Below, one piece after another: positions 9,256 through 19,240 of a stretch of DNA of 64,000 nt. This stretch comes from Acidimicrobiaceae bacterium (GTDB lineage Bacteria > Actinomycetota > Acidimicrobiia > Acidimicrobiales > RAAP-2). The position numbers and the translations under genes are program-made. The stretch's first letter is position 1. Each line of letters begins with the position of its first letter. The stretch lies in the NCBI GenBank assembly GCA_003132205.1, contig PKWY01000033.1, positions 90,373 through 154,372 of the forward strand. The letters run 5' to 3'. The notes below the pieces were generated by a model. It saw nothing but the letters and a program-made list of their open reading frames with translations, did not search any database and was not told the DNA's origin.

Positions 9256-9959
9256 CAGATCACCGCCCCACTATTGACTGAGATCACTTCGCCGACCATG
9301 AAGCTTCCGTCGTCGACCAGGAACTGAACCGCCGTGGCGACCTCATCGGGACTGGCGAGTCGGCGAGCGGGCAACGTATCCAGGTACTCGCGCTGACGCC
9401 ACGGGGAATCAGGCGCCAGCAGCGCCGTGTCGCATGGTCCGGGCGCCACCGAGTTCACTCGGATGCCCTTCGGCGCAACCTCGACCGCCAGACTGCGAAC
9501 GAACCCGATGATGGCGCCTTTCGCTGCGGCGTAGTGAGCATCAGTATCACCCCCGCCGATCGCCAACTCCGAGGAGACGGCCACAATGGTTCCCTGATTA
9601 CGCTCGAGCATGCCGGGCAATGTGGCCCGCACGACGTTGGTGAGACCCCCCAAGTGCACTCGCAACATTCGAGTCCACTGGGCTTCGGTGATCTCGGAAA
9701 ACGGGATCATTTCGTAGTAGCCAGCGACGCTGACCACCGTGTCGATGGGGCCAAGCTCGTCGGTGGCTCGAGCGACGGCATCGTTGACTGCACCGACATC
9801 GGTGACATCACCGATGCACGACAGGTCTGTGTCGGACTCGACTAAGTCAAACCCGGCGACCCGATAACCCGAAGAGCGAAGCGACGCGGCCACACTTGCG
9901 CCTATGCCACTGGCCGCTCCGGTGACAATCGCGACCCGCCTTGACGTAGGTGACGTCAT
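9255..9959 (-). CDS. SDR family oxidoreductase
   Basis: TGAASGIG, YAAAK, RVNSVAPG. Confidence 0.92.
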   Translation of the reverse strand: MTSPTSRRVAIVTGAASGIGASVAASLRSSGYRVAGFDLVESDTDLSCIGDVTDVGAVNDAVARATDELGPIDTVVSVAGYYEMIPFSEITEAQWTRMLRVHLGGLTNVVRATLPGMLERNQGTIVAVSSELAIGGGDTDAHYAAAKGAIIGFVRSLAVEVAPKGIRVNSVAPGPCDTALLAPDSPWRQREYLDTLPARRLASPDEVATAVQFLVDDGSFMVGEVISVNSGAVI

Positions 9960-11458
9960 GCCCTCGTCGATTCGAAGCCCTCGATACCTTCAAGTTCACC
10001 CTGGCGCACGTGCACACCACCATCACGGAAGATCCAGAGGTGCAGGACCACGCCCAGCACCCCAAGGCCTGCCACCATGATGATCACGCTCCACGCCAAG
10101 AATCCTGTCCCGTAGAGTTCGGCTCGCGGCCACAGGATGTTGATGACCTCGAACGCGACCCAGACCGAGGCCGCGTAGGCAACGAGCGGGCCCCACTTGC
10201 CGAGCGTCCACGGTCCCGCTTCCCACTTGCCCCGCGCGCGAACCCACGCCACGCCAAAGACCGGCAACGCGTACGCGATGAAGAAGCCGGCGCTGGTGAA
10301 GTTGATGAGCATGCCGTAGACCTTGGGAGAGTTGATGAACGGAAGTGCCGCAGCGATGACGCCAGTGAAGATGACCGCGTTGTACGGAAGCTTCTCGTGC
10401 TTGGTCAATTTGATCAAGAAACTGTGCGCCGGAAGCACCCGGTCACGAGCCTGCGCCCACATGCAACGCGTCACCGCAGCCTGGACCGCCATGAAACTGG
10501 CCAGGAACCCAATGAGGAACAGGAACTGGAATCCCCGCGCCGTGCCGGCGCCGAGATGCGCCCGCAAGGTGGTGCCGATTGGGTCGAGTACTTGACCGGA
10601 CATCACCGCGCCGATGTTGGGAACGGCCATTATGAGGCACAGACTCGTGTAGAGAACGACGATGCCCACGGTGAGCAGCGAGAAGAAGATTGCCTTCGGT
10701 ACGGCCCGTCCGGGCTCTTCCACTTCCTCGGCAACCGACCCAGCCGACTCAAATCCCAGGAACGACCAACCGGCAACTGCCATGGCCGCCAGGAACGGAC
10801 CGGCCAAATAGGCGCTCCCATGAAGGGCACCGGCGCTGTGGACGATCGCGCTGATGGGGTTCACGCGGTAGCTGATCAACAAGATGGTTGCAAGGACCAC
10901 CGAACTGAGGACTTCAGCCGCGATGCTGAAGTAGAAGAAGTACTTGAGGACCTTTCGACCGGCGACATTGACGCCGGAACTGAAGATCACAAGACAAACC
11001 GCGACGAGGGCTTGCGTGTCGTGCGACGCAGCGTTCACGCCTAGGACGCCGAGCAAGAAGCCTGCGCCTCCGTAGGTCAAGGTGGCCAGGGCAATGGTCA
11101 GGCCCCAGATATATGCCCACGCCGTGAACCACCCATAACGAGGGCCCACTAGCTGGCGGGACCACTGGTATACCGAACCGGCCAACGGAAAGCGCGAAGC
11201 AACGTCGCCAAATACCGCAGCGATCAGCAACTGCCCCACGAGCACGATTGGCATCGCCAACCAGAATCCCGCCCCGCAAATGGCAACGATGATGCCGAAG
11301 ACGGTGTAAATCGAGACAATCGGCGAAATGTCCGAGAACGCCAAGGCGAACACCGAGGGAAGCGTGAACCCCCGCTTCAGTGTCAACTTATTGTCGATTA
11401 GGTCTTCGGCGATCTCCTCCGCCGTCTCAACCCCGTGAACTCTTGGACTATCCGCCAT
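9956..11458 (-). CDS. APC family amino-acid/polyamine permease (start corrected to ATG 11458)
   Basis: About 12 hydrophobic segments; FALAFSDISP, FP.AGSVYQW and GFESAGSVAEE motifs; GAGGGG RBS before 11458. Confidence 0.92.
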   Translation of the reverse strand: MADSPRVHGVETAEEIAEDLIDNKLTLKRGFTLPSVFALAFSDISPIVSIYTVFGIIVAICGAGFWLAMPIVLVGQLLIAAVFGDVASRFPLAGSVYQWSRQLVGPRYGWFTAWAYIWGLTIALATLTYGGAGFLLGVLGVNAASHDTQALVAVCLVIFSSGVNVAGRKVLKYFFYFSIAAEVLSSVVLATILLISYRVNPISAIVHSAGALHGSAYLAGPFLAAMAVAGWSFLGFESAGSVAEEVEEPGRAVPKAIFFSLLTVGIVVLYTSLCLIMAVPNIGAVMSGQVLDPIGTTLRAHLGAGTARGFQFLFLIGFLASFMAVQAAVTRCMWAQARDRVLPAHSFLIKLTKHEKLPYNAVIFTGVIAAALPFINSPKVYGMLINFTSAGFFIAYALPVFGVAWVRARGKWEAGPWTLGKWGPLVAYAASVWVAFEVINILWPRAELYGTGFLAWSVIIMVAGLGVLGVVLHLWIFRDGGVHVRQGELEGIEGFESTRA

Positions 11459-11551
11459 GACAAGATCCCCCTCATCGAAATGAACTTGGCGAAAGTGTAC
11501 GAACACCAACGCGCCCTGTACAGTGACTAATTGATACAAATTGAAAGGTTG

Positions 11552-11571
11552 ATTTAGACAAATGTCTAAAT
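11552..11571. promoter_or_regulatory. Perfect inverted repeat ATTTAGACA-AA-TGTCTAAAT in the divergent permease/PucR promoter
   Basis: 9-bp arms with a 2-bp spacer in the 131-bp gap between the divergent starts. Confidence 0.6.
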
Positions 11572-11589
11572 TCGCCCGTCTGGGGGAAC

Positions 11590-13170
11590 ATGGCAATCAC
11601 GGTCAGGGAACTCACGGAGCTTCCGCACTTGCGCATGGAGGTGGTCGCGGGGTCGTCCGGGCTCGATCATCTGGTGACGTGGGCGCACTCTTCCGATCTC
11701 GACCGGCCCTGGGCATGGCTCTCGGGTGGAGAACTCCTAATGAAGAACGGACGGACGCTCCCGCGCAATGCTGACGAGCAGGTTGACTTCATCGAGGGTC
11801 TCGTCTCAGCGCACACCAGTGCGCTGGTGATTGGATCGGATCCAGAATCGCCGCCCATTAGCGAACGCGCGCTGCGACGAGCCGACGATTTGGGCATGCC
11901 GGTACTCGGGGTCCCCTATTCGATGAGCTTCATCGTGCTGAGTCGTACCGTTGCCGACGCTCTGCTCAACGAGGAGGCCTCTCGAGCTACCCGTACCGAG
12001 AAGATTTACGACACCATCCATGCAGCAGTTGCCGGTGACGATCCGGGCGTGTTCGTGCGGCGGCTCAAAGCAGAACTGTCGTGCGAGTTGTACATCGTTG
12101 ACTCCGAAACGCTCAATCCCATCCTCGACGGTACGCCGTCACCGCCCGACGGGCTGTGCGACAGACTTCGCGAGGAGATTGCGGCTCGAGATGGGGTCGT
12201 TCCGGGGACGCTGCGCTTCGCCGGACAGAGTAAGGGCGAGGTCGTCGTCGTCGAAGTCCCCTACGAAGAGCCCACTTTCCTCATAGCCTTCTATCCCAAC
12301 AAGCCACCGCTCGATCTCGTACTGCTCCAACATGCAGCGACCGCGGTTGCCGTTGAAGTTGCCCATGCTTCGCTTCGCGCCGATTACCAACGTCAACTCG
12401 GCACTGACCTGCTGTCACAACTTCTCGAAGGACGTCTCGACTCGCAAACCGGGGCGGCCCAACTTCACCAGCGCGAAATTTCGCCCACCATGGCAAGCCT
12501 CCTCGCAATCGATGGAGCCGACGCCACCGAGGAACGTCGTCTCCACATCGGCCTTCGACGTCGCGGCATCGCTCATCTGCTCCTGCGTCGAGAAAGGGTG
12601 CTCTTCCTCCTGCTGGAAGAGGAGCCGGGCGACATCGAACGCCACGCACTCTCGCCAGCGGTGAAGTCGTTGCTCGACCGCCTCAGCCGCAATCGGACGA
12701 TAGGAATCAGCAACCCGCTGGTCGATTCCTCGCGAGCACCGGCCGCTGCGCGCGAGGCACTCTGGGCGTTGGCCGGCGCTTCTGCGGATTCCCCGATCAT
12801 GACGTACGAAGAGGCTTCACCACTCCCCGCGCTCCAGAGTCAGGAAGAAGCACAAGCTCTCGTTAGCCGCGTGCTCGGCTCCCTGATCGAGTACGACGCG
12901 GCCAACGGCAGCGACCTCGTCCATTCACTCTCCGTATTCTTGGAAACCCGCCGGTCGTGGCAGAGGTGTGCCGAAGTGCTCAATGTTCATCGCCAAACCG
13001 TCATCTACCGCATGCGACGCATCGAGCAACTCACCGAACGAAAATTGTCCGAGACCTCCGACCTCGCAATCCTCTGGTTGGCGCTGTCGGCCTACGCCAT
13101 CTTGCGCATCGACGAAACAGGATTGCTCCGCCGCCCGCTTGGTGCTGGCGAATATTCTGCCACCGACTAG
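11590..13170 (+). CDS. PucR/CdaR family transcriptional regulator
   Basis: N-terminal PucR ligand domain (VTWAHSSD...WLSGGELL) and C-terminal HTH (L.VHRQTVIYRMRRIEQL). Confidence 0.93.
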   Translation: MAITVRELTELPHLRMEVVAGSSGLDHLVTWAHSSDLDRPWAWLSGGELLMKNGRTLPRNADEQVDFIEGLVSAHTSALVIGSDPESPPISERALRRADDLGMPVLGVPYSMSFIVLSRTVADALLNEEASRATRTEKIYDTIHAAVAGDDPGVFVRRLKAELSCELYIVDSETLNPILDGTPSPPDGLCDRLREEIAARDGVVPGTLRFAGQSKGEVVVVEVPYEEPTFLIAFYPNKPPLDLVLLQHAATAVAVEVAHASLRADYQRQLGTDLLSQLLEGRLDSQTGAAQLHQREISPTMASLLAIDGADATEERRLHIGLRRRGIAHLLLRRERVLFLLLEEEPGDIERHALSPAVKSLLDRLSRNRTIGISNPLVDSSRAPAAAREALWALAGASADSPIMTYEEASPLPALQSQEEAQALVSRVLGSLIEYDAANGSDLVHSLSVFLETRRSWQRCAEVLNVHRQTVIYRMRRIEQLTERKLSETSDLAILWLALSAYAILRIDETGLLRRPLGAGEYSATD

Positions 13171-13330
13171 TCATAGCCTTACGTGCGGTGTAGAACCGCG
13201 CGCCATCAGGTCCGTAGACGTGCAGGTCGCCGAAGACTGGACGGTTCCAACCCCCGAGGGGGTAGTGGACGCCGGCCCTTGGCGTCGCTCCAGCGGGTGA
13301 TGCGATTCACGAGTGGCCCGTTGGCTCAGT

Positions 13331-14641
13331 TCACTGTCCCTGAACGGTTCGATCGGCGTCGTGCAACGATTGGGTGAGCACGTCAATAGCGGTGTCCGCC
13401 TCTCCCATCGTGACGCTCATGGGCGGGGCGATACGCAACACGTTGTTGTAGAGGCCGCCCTTGCCAATCAATAGCCCGCCGCGTCGGCATGCCTCGAGCA
13501 CCAACTGGGCGGCCTGCGGGTTCGGAGTGAACGTCCCGGGATCGACCAGTTCAACCCCGATCATCAGGCCTTTCCCTCGTATCTCTGCGACCACTCCAAG
13601 TTCGCCGCAGCTGGCCTGGAGTTGACCTCGAAGATGATTACCCACCTTCAAGGCGTTGGCCTGAAGGTCATGCGAGAGGATGTAGTCGAGGTTGGCCAGC
13701 GCTCCGGCGCTCGAGAGCGGGTTCCCTCCGAAGGTTGAAATCGAACTTGCCCGCACGGAATCGATTAAATCGGCCCGCCCTACCACGCCACCAATGGCGA
13801 GTCCGTTGCCCAGGCCCTTGGCGAAGGTCAGGAGGTCGGGTCGGATGTCGTGGGCCTGGAAGCCCCAGAAGTGCTCCCCGGTCCGACCCCAGCCGGTCTG
13901 GACCTCGTCGGAGATGAAGAGGATGCCGTACTCGTCGAGCACCTTCTTCATCGCTGCGAAGAACCCGTCGGGCGGCACCACGAATCCCCCGACTCCCTGG
14001 ATAGGTTCGGCGATCATGCAGGCCACATCACCCGACGTGGTGGTCTCGATGACGTCGCGCAGATCCCGAACGCACGCCTTGGTGAACTCCTCATCCGAGA
14101 GATGACCGAAGGGACTGCGCAGCCGGTTCCCACTTTGCACGAAGCTCACACTGAGCGGGCTCAAGCTGGACGGCGACCACGAACGGTTGCCGGTCACCGA
14201 CATCGCGGTGAGTGAGCGACCGTGGTAGCTGTTGCGTAGTGCGAGCACCTGATTCGATTCGCGTGCGGAGCACGAGAGCATGAGGGCGGTCTCCACCGCT
14301 TCGGTTCCCGAACTGACAAAGAACACCTTCGCGTCTGGAATGGTTGACAGCTCGGCGATGCGTTCAGCCAGTTCGATCATTGGTCTGATGAGATACAGGG
14401 TCGACGTATGCAACATCTTCCCGGCCTGCTCCCGGATGGCATCGACGACTTCGGGCACGTTGTAGCCGGTGCTAGTCGTGAGGATTCCGCCGAAGAAGTC
14501 GAGGTAGCTCGCTCCTTGCCCGTCGCGAACGTGGCGACCCTCGCCACTGACCAGTTCAAGCGGTTCGTCGTAGTACAACGAGAGCCAGCTCGGCATTACC
14601 TTACGATGTCGGCTCAGGAGCTCGGAGTGTGATGATGCCAT
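13331..14641 (-). CDS. Class-III PLP aminotransferase (AGXT2/GabT-like)
   Basis: YLDFFGG, SYHGRS, EPIQGVGG, DEVQTGWGRTG and AKGLGNG (PLP Lys) motifs. Confidence 0.92.
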   Translation of the reverse strand: MASSHSELLSRHRKVMPSWLSLYYDEPLELVSGEGRHVRDGQGASYLDFFGGILTTSTGYNVPEVVDAIREQAGKMLHTSTLYLIRPMIELAERIAELSTIPDAKVFFVSSGTEAVETALMLSCSARESNQVLALRNSYHGRSLTAMSVTGNRSWSPSSLSPLSVSFVQSGNRLRSPFGHLSDEEFTKACVRDLRDVIETTTSGDVACMIAEPIQGVGGFVVPPDGFFAAMKKVLDEYGILFISDEVQTGWGRTGEHFWGFQAHDIRPDLLTFAKGLGNGLAIGGVVGRADLIDSVRASSISTFGGNPLSSAGALANLDYILSHDLQANALKVGNHLRGQLQASCGELGVVAEIRGKGLMIGVELVDPGTFTPNPQAAQLVLEACRRGGLLIGKGGLYNNVLRIAPPMSVTMGEADTAIDVLTQSLHDADRTVQGQ

Positions 14642-14840
14642 ATTGATCTTCCCTTTCTAGGCAGTTGATGCAGACGGGCCGAGCGCAGCCGCAGCGCCCG
14701 CGAGACGTCTCGGCGCCCGTTCGTGAACCGGAGAGTTCCCTCGATCCATCGAAACGCATTCGCACGACCACCCTCCACGTCACACTCACTGCGCACGGCC
14801 AAGGCGCCCCTCTACGTCAGGACAGGTTGCGGCTTCCCCT

Positions 14841-16211
14841 CTACTCTCCCTCGTAATAGCGATCGGCGACGTCAAGTGCGTCGTCGAGGATGTCCAGACC
14901 CTTTTCAACATCCTCCACCGAAGTCGTGCAGGGCGGCACGACGTGAGTCCGGTTGAAATGCACGAATGGCCAGAGGCCGGATTCCTTGCACGATGACGCG
15001 AACTCCTGCATTGGAAGGGCCTCGGGGCCGGTGGCGTTGAACGGAACCAGCGGCTCTCGGGTTTCGCGATTGCGGACCAGCTCGATAGCCCAGAACACTC
15101 CGAGTCCCCTCACCTCACCAACGGAAGGGTGCTTGAGAGCGAGCCTTTCCAAACCCGGCCCGATGGTTTCGTCGCCCAGTGAGCGGGCGTGCTCGACAAT
15201 GCCCTCCTCCTTGAAGATGTTGATGGAGGCCACGGCCGAAGCACACGCCAGCGGATGACCGGAGTAGGTCAGTCCACCTGGAAAGACCCTCTTCGAAAAC
15301 GTGGAGGCGATGTCGTCGCAGATTATGACGCCGCCCAGTGGCACGTAACCCGAGTTCACCCCCTTGGCGAAGGTGATCAAGTCGGGTCGCACGCCCCATC
15401 GGTTGATGGCGAACCACTCACCGCAACGACCAAAACCAGCCATCACCTCGTCGGCGATCATCACGATGCCGAACTCGTCGCAGATCTCACGCACACCCTG
15501 CAGGTAGCCATCCGGTGGAACCAGAATCCCGTTGGTTCCAACGACCGTCTCCAAGAGAATCGCGGCGACGGACTTCGGCCCTTCGACCATGATGAGGTCG
15601 CGCAGATGCTGCAGGGACCGGACGGACTCCTCCTCTTCGCTCTGTGAGTAGAAAGCCGAGCGATAGAGATACGGTCCCCAGTAGTGGATGACTCCGGGTA
15701 TCGCCGGTTCCGACGGCCACCGTCGCGGGTCTCCCGTCAACGAGATAGCGCCGGCGGTCGCACCGTGATAGCTGCGATACGCCGCGAATACCTTGTTGCG
15801 ACCCGTGTGAAGGCGGGCCATGCGAACCGCATTCTCGATGGCTTCGGCGCCGCCGTTGGTGAAGAAGACCTTCTCCAGGCCCGGCGGCGCGACTTCGGCG
15901 ATCAAGCGGGCCGCCTCGCTACGGGCGTCGTTGGCGAACGAGGGCTGAATGGTGCAGAGTCGACCCGCCTGTTCCGCGATGGCCGCAACGAGCTTGGGGT
16001 GCTGGTAGCCGATGTTCACGTTCACCAGTTGGGACGAGAAGTCGAGGTAACTCTTCCCGGCGTAGTCGGTGAAGTAGGAGCCCTGCGCCGACGCGATGGG
16101 GAGCGGATCGATCAGATCCTGGGCCGACCACGAATGGAACACGTGGGCCCGATCGTCACCGCGGACGGTCTCTTCGTCGTGCGAAGCGAAACCTGGCACT
16201 GTTTGCGTCAT
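14841..16211 (-). CDS. Class-III PLP aminotransferase (omega-amino acid:pyruvate type; start corrected to 16211)
   Basis: HVFHSWSAQ, YLDFSSQLVN, SYHGAT, DEVMAGFGRCG, AKGVNSGY and GLTYSGHP motifs; GGAG RBS. Confidence 0.92.
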   Translation of the reverse strand: MTQTVPGFASHDEETVRGDDRAHVFHSWSAQDLIDPLPIASAQGSYFTDYAGKSYLDFSSQLVNVNIGYQHPKLVAAIAEQAGRLCTIQPSFANDARSEAARLIAEVAPPGLEKVFFTNGGAEAIENAVRMARLHTGRNKVFAAYRSYHGATAGAISLTGDPRRWPSEPAIPGVIHYWGPYLYRSAFYSQSEEEESVRSLQHLRDLIMVEGPKSVAAILLETVVGTNGILVPPDGYLQGVREICDEFGIVMIADEVMAGFGRCGEWFAINRWGVRPDLITFAKGVNSGYVPLGGVIICDDIASTFSKRVFPGGLTYSGHPLACASAVASINIFKEEGIVEHARSLGDETIGPGLERLALKHPSVGEVRGLGVFWAIELVRNRETREPLVPFNATGPEALPMQEFASSCKESGLWPFVHFNRTHVVPPCTTSVEDVEKGLDILDDALDVADRYYEGE

Positions 16212-16239
16212 ATCAATTCTCCGATCAAATCTTGAACTA

Positions 16240-17730
16240 CTAGCGGGTGCGGGGAAAACCGAGGTCAATCGTCGAGGTTGCCGGATCGGGCCAGCGCGAC
16301 GTCACGACTTTTCCACGACTGAAGAAGGCGACCCCTTCGGGTCCATACATGTGATTGTCACCGAAGAGCGAGGCCTTCCAGCCGCCAAAGGAGTAGTAGG
16401 CGACGGGCACCGGGATGGGCACATTGATCCCCACCATGCCCACCTCAACCGCCTGCTCAAACTTGCGCGCCGCCCCCCCATCGCGGGTGAAGATCGCCGT
16501 TCCGTTGGCGAAGGGATTCGAATTCACGAGTTCGATCGCTTCGTCGAAGGTGTCACGTCGAACCACCGAGAGGACCGGGCCGAAGATTTCATCTTGATAC
16601 ACCGTCATTCCGGGCTCAACCCTGTCGAGCAGCGTGGCGCCCAGAAAGAAGCCGACGTCCGGGAATTTCGCATCACGACCGTCGACGACGACTTCAGCAC
16701 CCTCGCGAGAACCGGCGTCAATGTACCCGGCTACCCGGTCACGGTGCTGTTCGGTGATGAGCGGGCCCATCTCGCTCAAGGGATCGATGCCCGGTCCAGT
16801 GGTCAGATGCGGGAGACGGCTCGCGATCGCCTCAACGAGTGCGTCACCGATGCCGCCCACCGCGACGACCACCGAGACCGCCATGCATCGTTCGCCGGCG
16901 GCGCCGTAGCCGGCCGAGACCGCGGCGTCCGCTGCCATCTCCACGTCGGCATCGGGCAGGACCAGCATGTGATTCTTGGCGCCGCCCAAAGCCTGCACGC
17001 GCTTGCCTCGCGCCGTGCCCGCCTCGTAGATGTACTTCGCGACCGGCGTGGAACCAACGAAACTGAGCGCCGCCACGTCCTCATGGTCTATCAATGCGTC
17101 CACCGCGGTCTTGTCACCTTGAAGCACCGAGAAGATACCGTCGGGAAGTCCAGCTTCCTTCCACAACTCGGCGAGGAAGAGAGACGCCGAGGGATCCTTC
17201 TCGCTGGGCTTGAGGACGAAGGCGTTGCCGCACGCGATCGCGGTACCGCACATCCAGAGCGGAACCATGACGGGAAAGTTGAAGGGGGTGATCCCGGCCA
17301 CCACCCCGAGTGGATGGCGGGTGGAATACACGTCCACGCCACGCGAGGCTTGGGCGGAATGGCCACCCTTCAAGAGCTGGGGAACTGACGTGGCGAACTC
17401 GATGTTCTCGAGTCCCCGAGCGATCTCCCCAGCGGCATCACTCAACACCTTGCCGTGCTCTCTCGTCACTATTTGAGCGAGGTCATCGCTCCGGTTATGG
17501 AGCAGTTCACGAAAGGCGAACAGCACGCTCGCCCGCTGCGAGAGGGAACTCTCCTTCCAGGAATCCGCCGCCGCTCGGGCGCTCGCAATCAACGTGTTGA
17601 CTTCAGACGCCGCGGCCAAGTCAACATCGGCGATGTGCTCACCGGTTGCAGGATTGAACACTGGCGATGTGGCACCAGAAATCCCTTGAACGTGTTGCCC
17701 GTTAATCCAGTGTGAGATTCGATAGGTCAT
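16240..17730 (-). CDS. mmsA: CoA-acylating methylmalonate/malonate-semialdehyde dehydrogenase
   Basis: ITPFNFPVM, KPSEKDP, FVGSTPVA, GGAKNH, AGERCMA and EIFGPV motifs. Confidence 0.93.
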   Translation of the reverse strand: MTYRISHWINGQHVQGISGATSPVFNPATGEHIADVDLAAASEVNTLIASARAAADSWKESSLSQRASVLFAFRELLHNRSDDLAQIVTREHGKVLSDAAGEIARGLENIEFATSVPQLLKGGHSAQASRGVDVYSTRHPLGVVAGITPFNFPVMVPLWMCGTAIACGNAFVLKPSEKDPSASLFLAELWKEAGLPDGIFSVLQGDKTAVDALIDHEDVAALSFVGSTPVAKYIYEAGTARGKRVQALGGAKNHMLVLPDADVEMAADAAVSAGYGAAGERCMAVSVVVAVGGIGDALVEAIASRLPHLTTGPGIDPLSEMGPLITEQHRDRVAGYIDAGSREGAEVVVDGRDAKFPDVGFFLGATLLDRVEPGMTVYQDEIFGPVLSVVRRDTFDEAIELVNSNPFANGTAIFTRDGGAARKFEQAVEVGMVGINVPIPVPVAYYSFGGWKASLFGDNHMYGPEGVAFFSRGKVVTSRWPDPATSTIDLGFPRTR

Positions 17731-17736
17731 GCCGCA

Positions 17737-17787
17737 ACATTACGTACCAATACTTGACCAGTCAAGTCACTTATTGTATTGTTACAA
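17737..17787. promoter_or_regulatory. Back-to-back sigma70-type promoters sharing a palindromic -35 region (ACTTGACCAGTCAAGT, 17752-17767)
   Basis: + strand TTGACC-17-TATTGT ending 6 nt before ATG 17789; - strand TTGACT-18-TAATGT ending 6 nt before ATG 17730; extra IR TTGTA-N4-TACAA at 17774-17787. Confidence 0.65.
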
Positions 17788-17788
17788 A

Positions 17789-19132
17789 ATGATCAATGCA
17801 GTCGAAGTCATCGGAGCGCAGCTCAAGGCTCGAACGGGTCGCGCCCTCGCCGAAGCCGTGAGCGGCGCGATCGGCAGTGGCCTTCTCGAACCCGACACCA
17901 AGTTGCCGCCGATTCGAACTGTCGCCGCGTCGCTCGAGATGTCGCCGAGCACGGTGAGCACTGCGTGGAACCTGCTGCTTCGAGCGGGTGTCATCAGGAC
18001 AGACGGGCGAAGAGGGACGACAGTCTCAAGTCCCGCCAACCCCGGTCCGACCCGCTATCGACGAGCTCTTCAACATCAGAGTTCGACGGGCCTCGACCTG
18101 TCGTCGGGGATTCCCGACGCGGCACTGCTTCCGGACCTCAGCGCCGCTCTTCGCAACCTGCGCCCGTCGTGGCAACAGAACTACCTGGACGATCCGATGT
18201 TGCCGGAGCTGAAGGACGTTCTACTATCGGACTGGCCCTATCAGCCGGATCGACTCACGATCGTTGACGGCGCGATGGACGCCATCGATCAGGTGGCCAG
18301 CCATTTGATACGAATTGGCGACGCCGTCATTGTCGAGCACCCGACGTTCCCTCCGTTTCTTGATCTCCTGGACGCCCTCGGTGCGCGCACCGTCGGTGTC
18401 GATGTTGATGACGAGGGGATCCTTCCCGAGCAACTCGAGGCGGCCCTGGCGTCGGGAGCAAAGACCCTCTTGCTGCAACCCCGCAGTCACAATCCGACCG
18501 GCGTGTCCATGAGCACGCGTCGCGCGAAGGCCCTCTCGGCCGTGCTCTCGGCCTGGTCGGGCTGGATCATCGAAGACGACTCGGCGGGATCAATCTCTCT
18601 AAGGCCGCCAATCAGCTTGGGTCAGTGGCTTCCCGATCGCGCCGTGCATATTCGAAGCTTCTCAAAATCGCATGGCCCTGATCTGCGTTTGGCGGCAGTA
18701 AGTGGACCGGCCAACCTCATGGACGCAATCATCGAGCGACGAATGCTTGGCCAGGGTTGGACCAGTCGGCTTCTACAGTCACTCTTGCTCGATCTGTTGA
18801 AGCGACCAGAGACCATCGCCCAAGTCTCGCGCGCCAAGACTATCTATGCCGAGCGTCGTGCGAGCGTCGTAGCCGAACTCAACCGACTACACGTCACTAC
18901 GATTGGAGCCGATGGCTTGAATATTTGGTTGCCAGTGGAACACGAGACTGCCGCAATGTTGTCCTTGGCGAGCAGAGGTGTGGCAGTTGCCGCCGGAGGT
19001 CCGTTTGCGACCAAGGTCGATGACGCGGACCATCTGCGGGTCTCGGTGTCGTCGGTAAACCGGGATTTCGAAGAACTGGCGACGAATCTTCGCGATGCCT
19101 CGTTGGCAGCACCGACCTGGGGGCCGCGGTAG
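17789..19132 (+). CDS. MocR/GabR family regulator (GntR HTH plus PLP aminotransferase domain; start corrected to 17789)
   Basis: LPPIRTVAASL..SPSTVSTAW..L HTH followed by EHPTFP, HNPTG, EDD and SFSK. Confidence 0.92.
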   Translation: MINAVEVIGAQLKARTGRALAEAVSGAIGSGLLEPDTKLPPIRTVAASLEMSPSTVSTAWNLLLRAGVIRTDGRRGTTVSSPANPGPTRYRRALQHQSSTGLDLSSGIPDAALLPDLSAALRNLRPSWQQNYLDDPMLPELKDVLLSDWPYQPDRLTIVDGAMDAIDQVASHLIRIGDAVIVEHPTFPPFLDLLDALGARTVGVDVDDEGILPEQLEAALASGAKTLLLQPRSHNPTGVSMSTRRAKALSAVLSAWSGWIIEDDSAGSISLRPPISLGQWLPDRAVHIRSFSKSHGPDLRLAAVSGPANLMDAIIERRMLGQGWTSRLLQSLLLDLLKRPETIAQVSRAKTIYAERRASVVAELNRLHVTTIGADGLNIWLPVEHETAAMLSLASRGVAVAAGGPFATKVDDADHLRVSVSSVNRDFEELATNLRDASLAAPTWGPR

Positions 19133-19240
19133 GTCACCTAGCGAAACGAGAAAGTGCTTCGCCGTGGTCTCTACGGCAAGGCACCTTCCAAGTTCGATGA
19201 GCCGGTAGTCCGGGGCGACGCCCCGGACTACCGGCTACGC

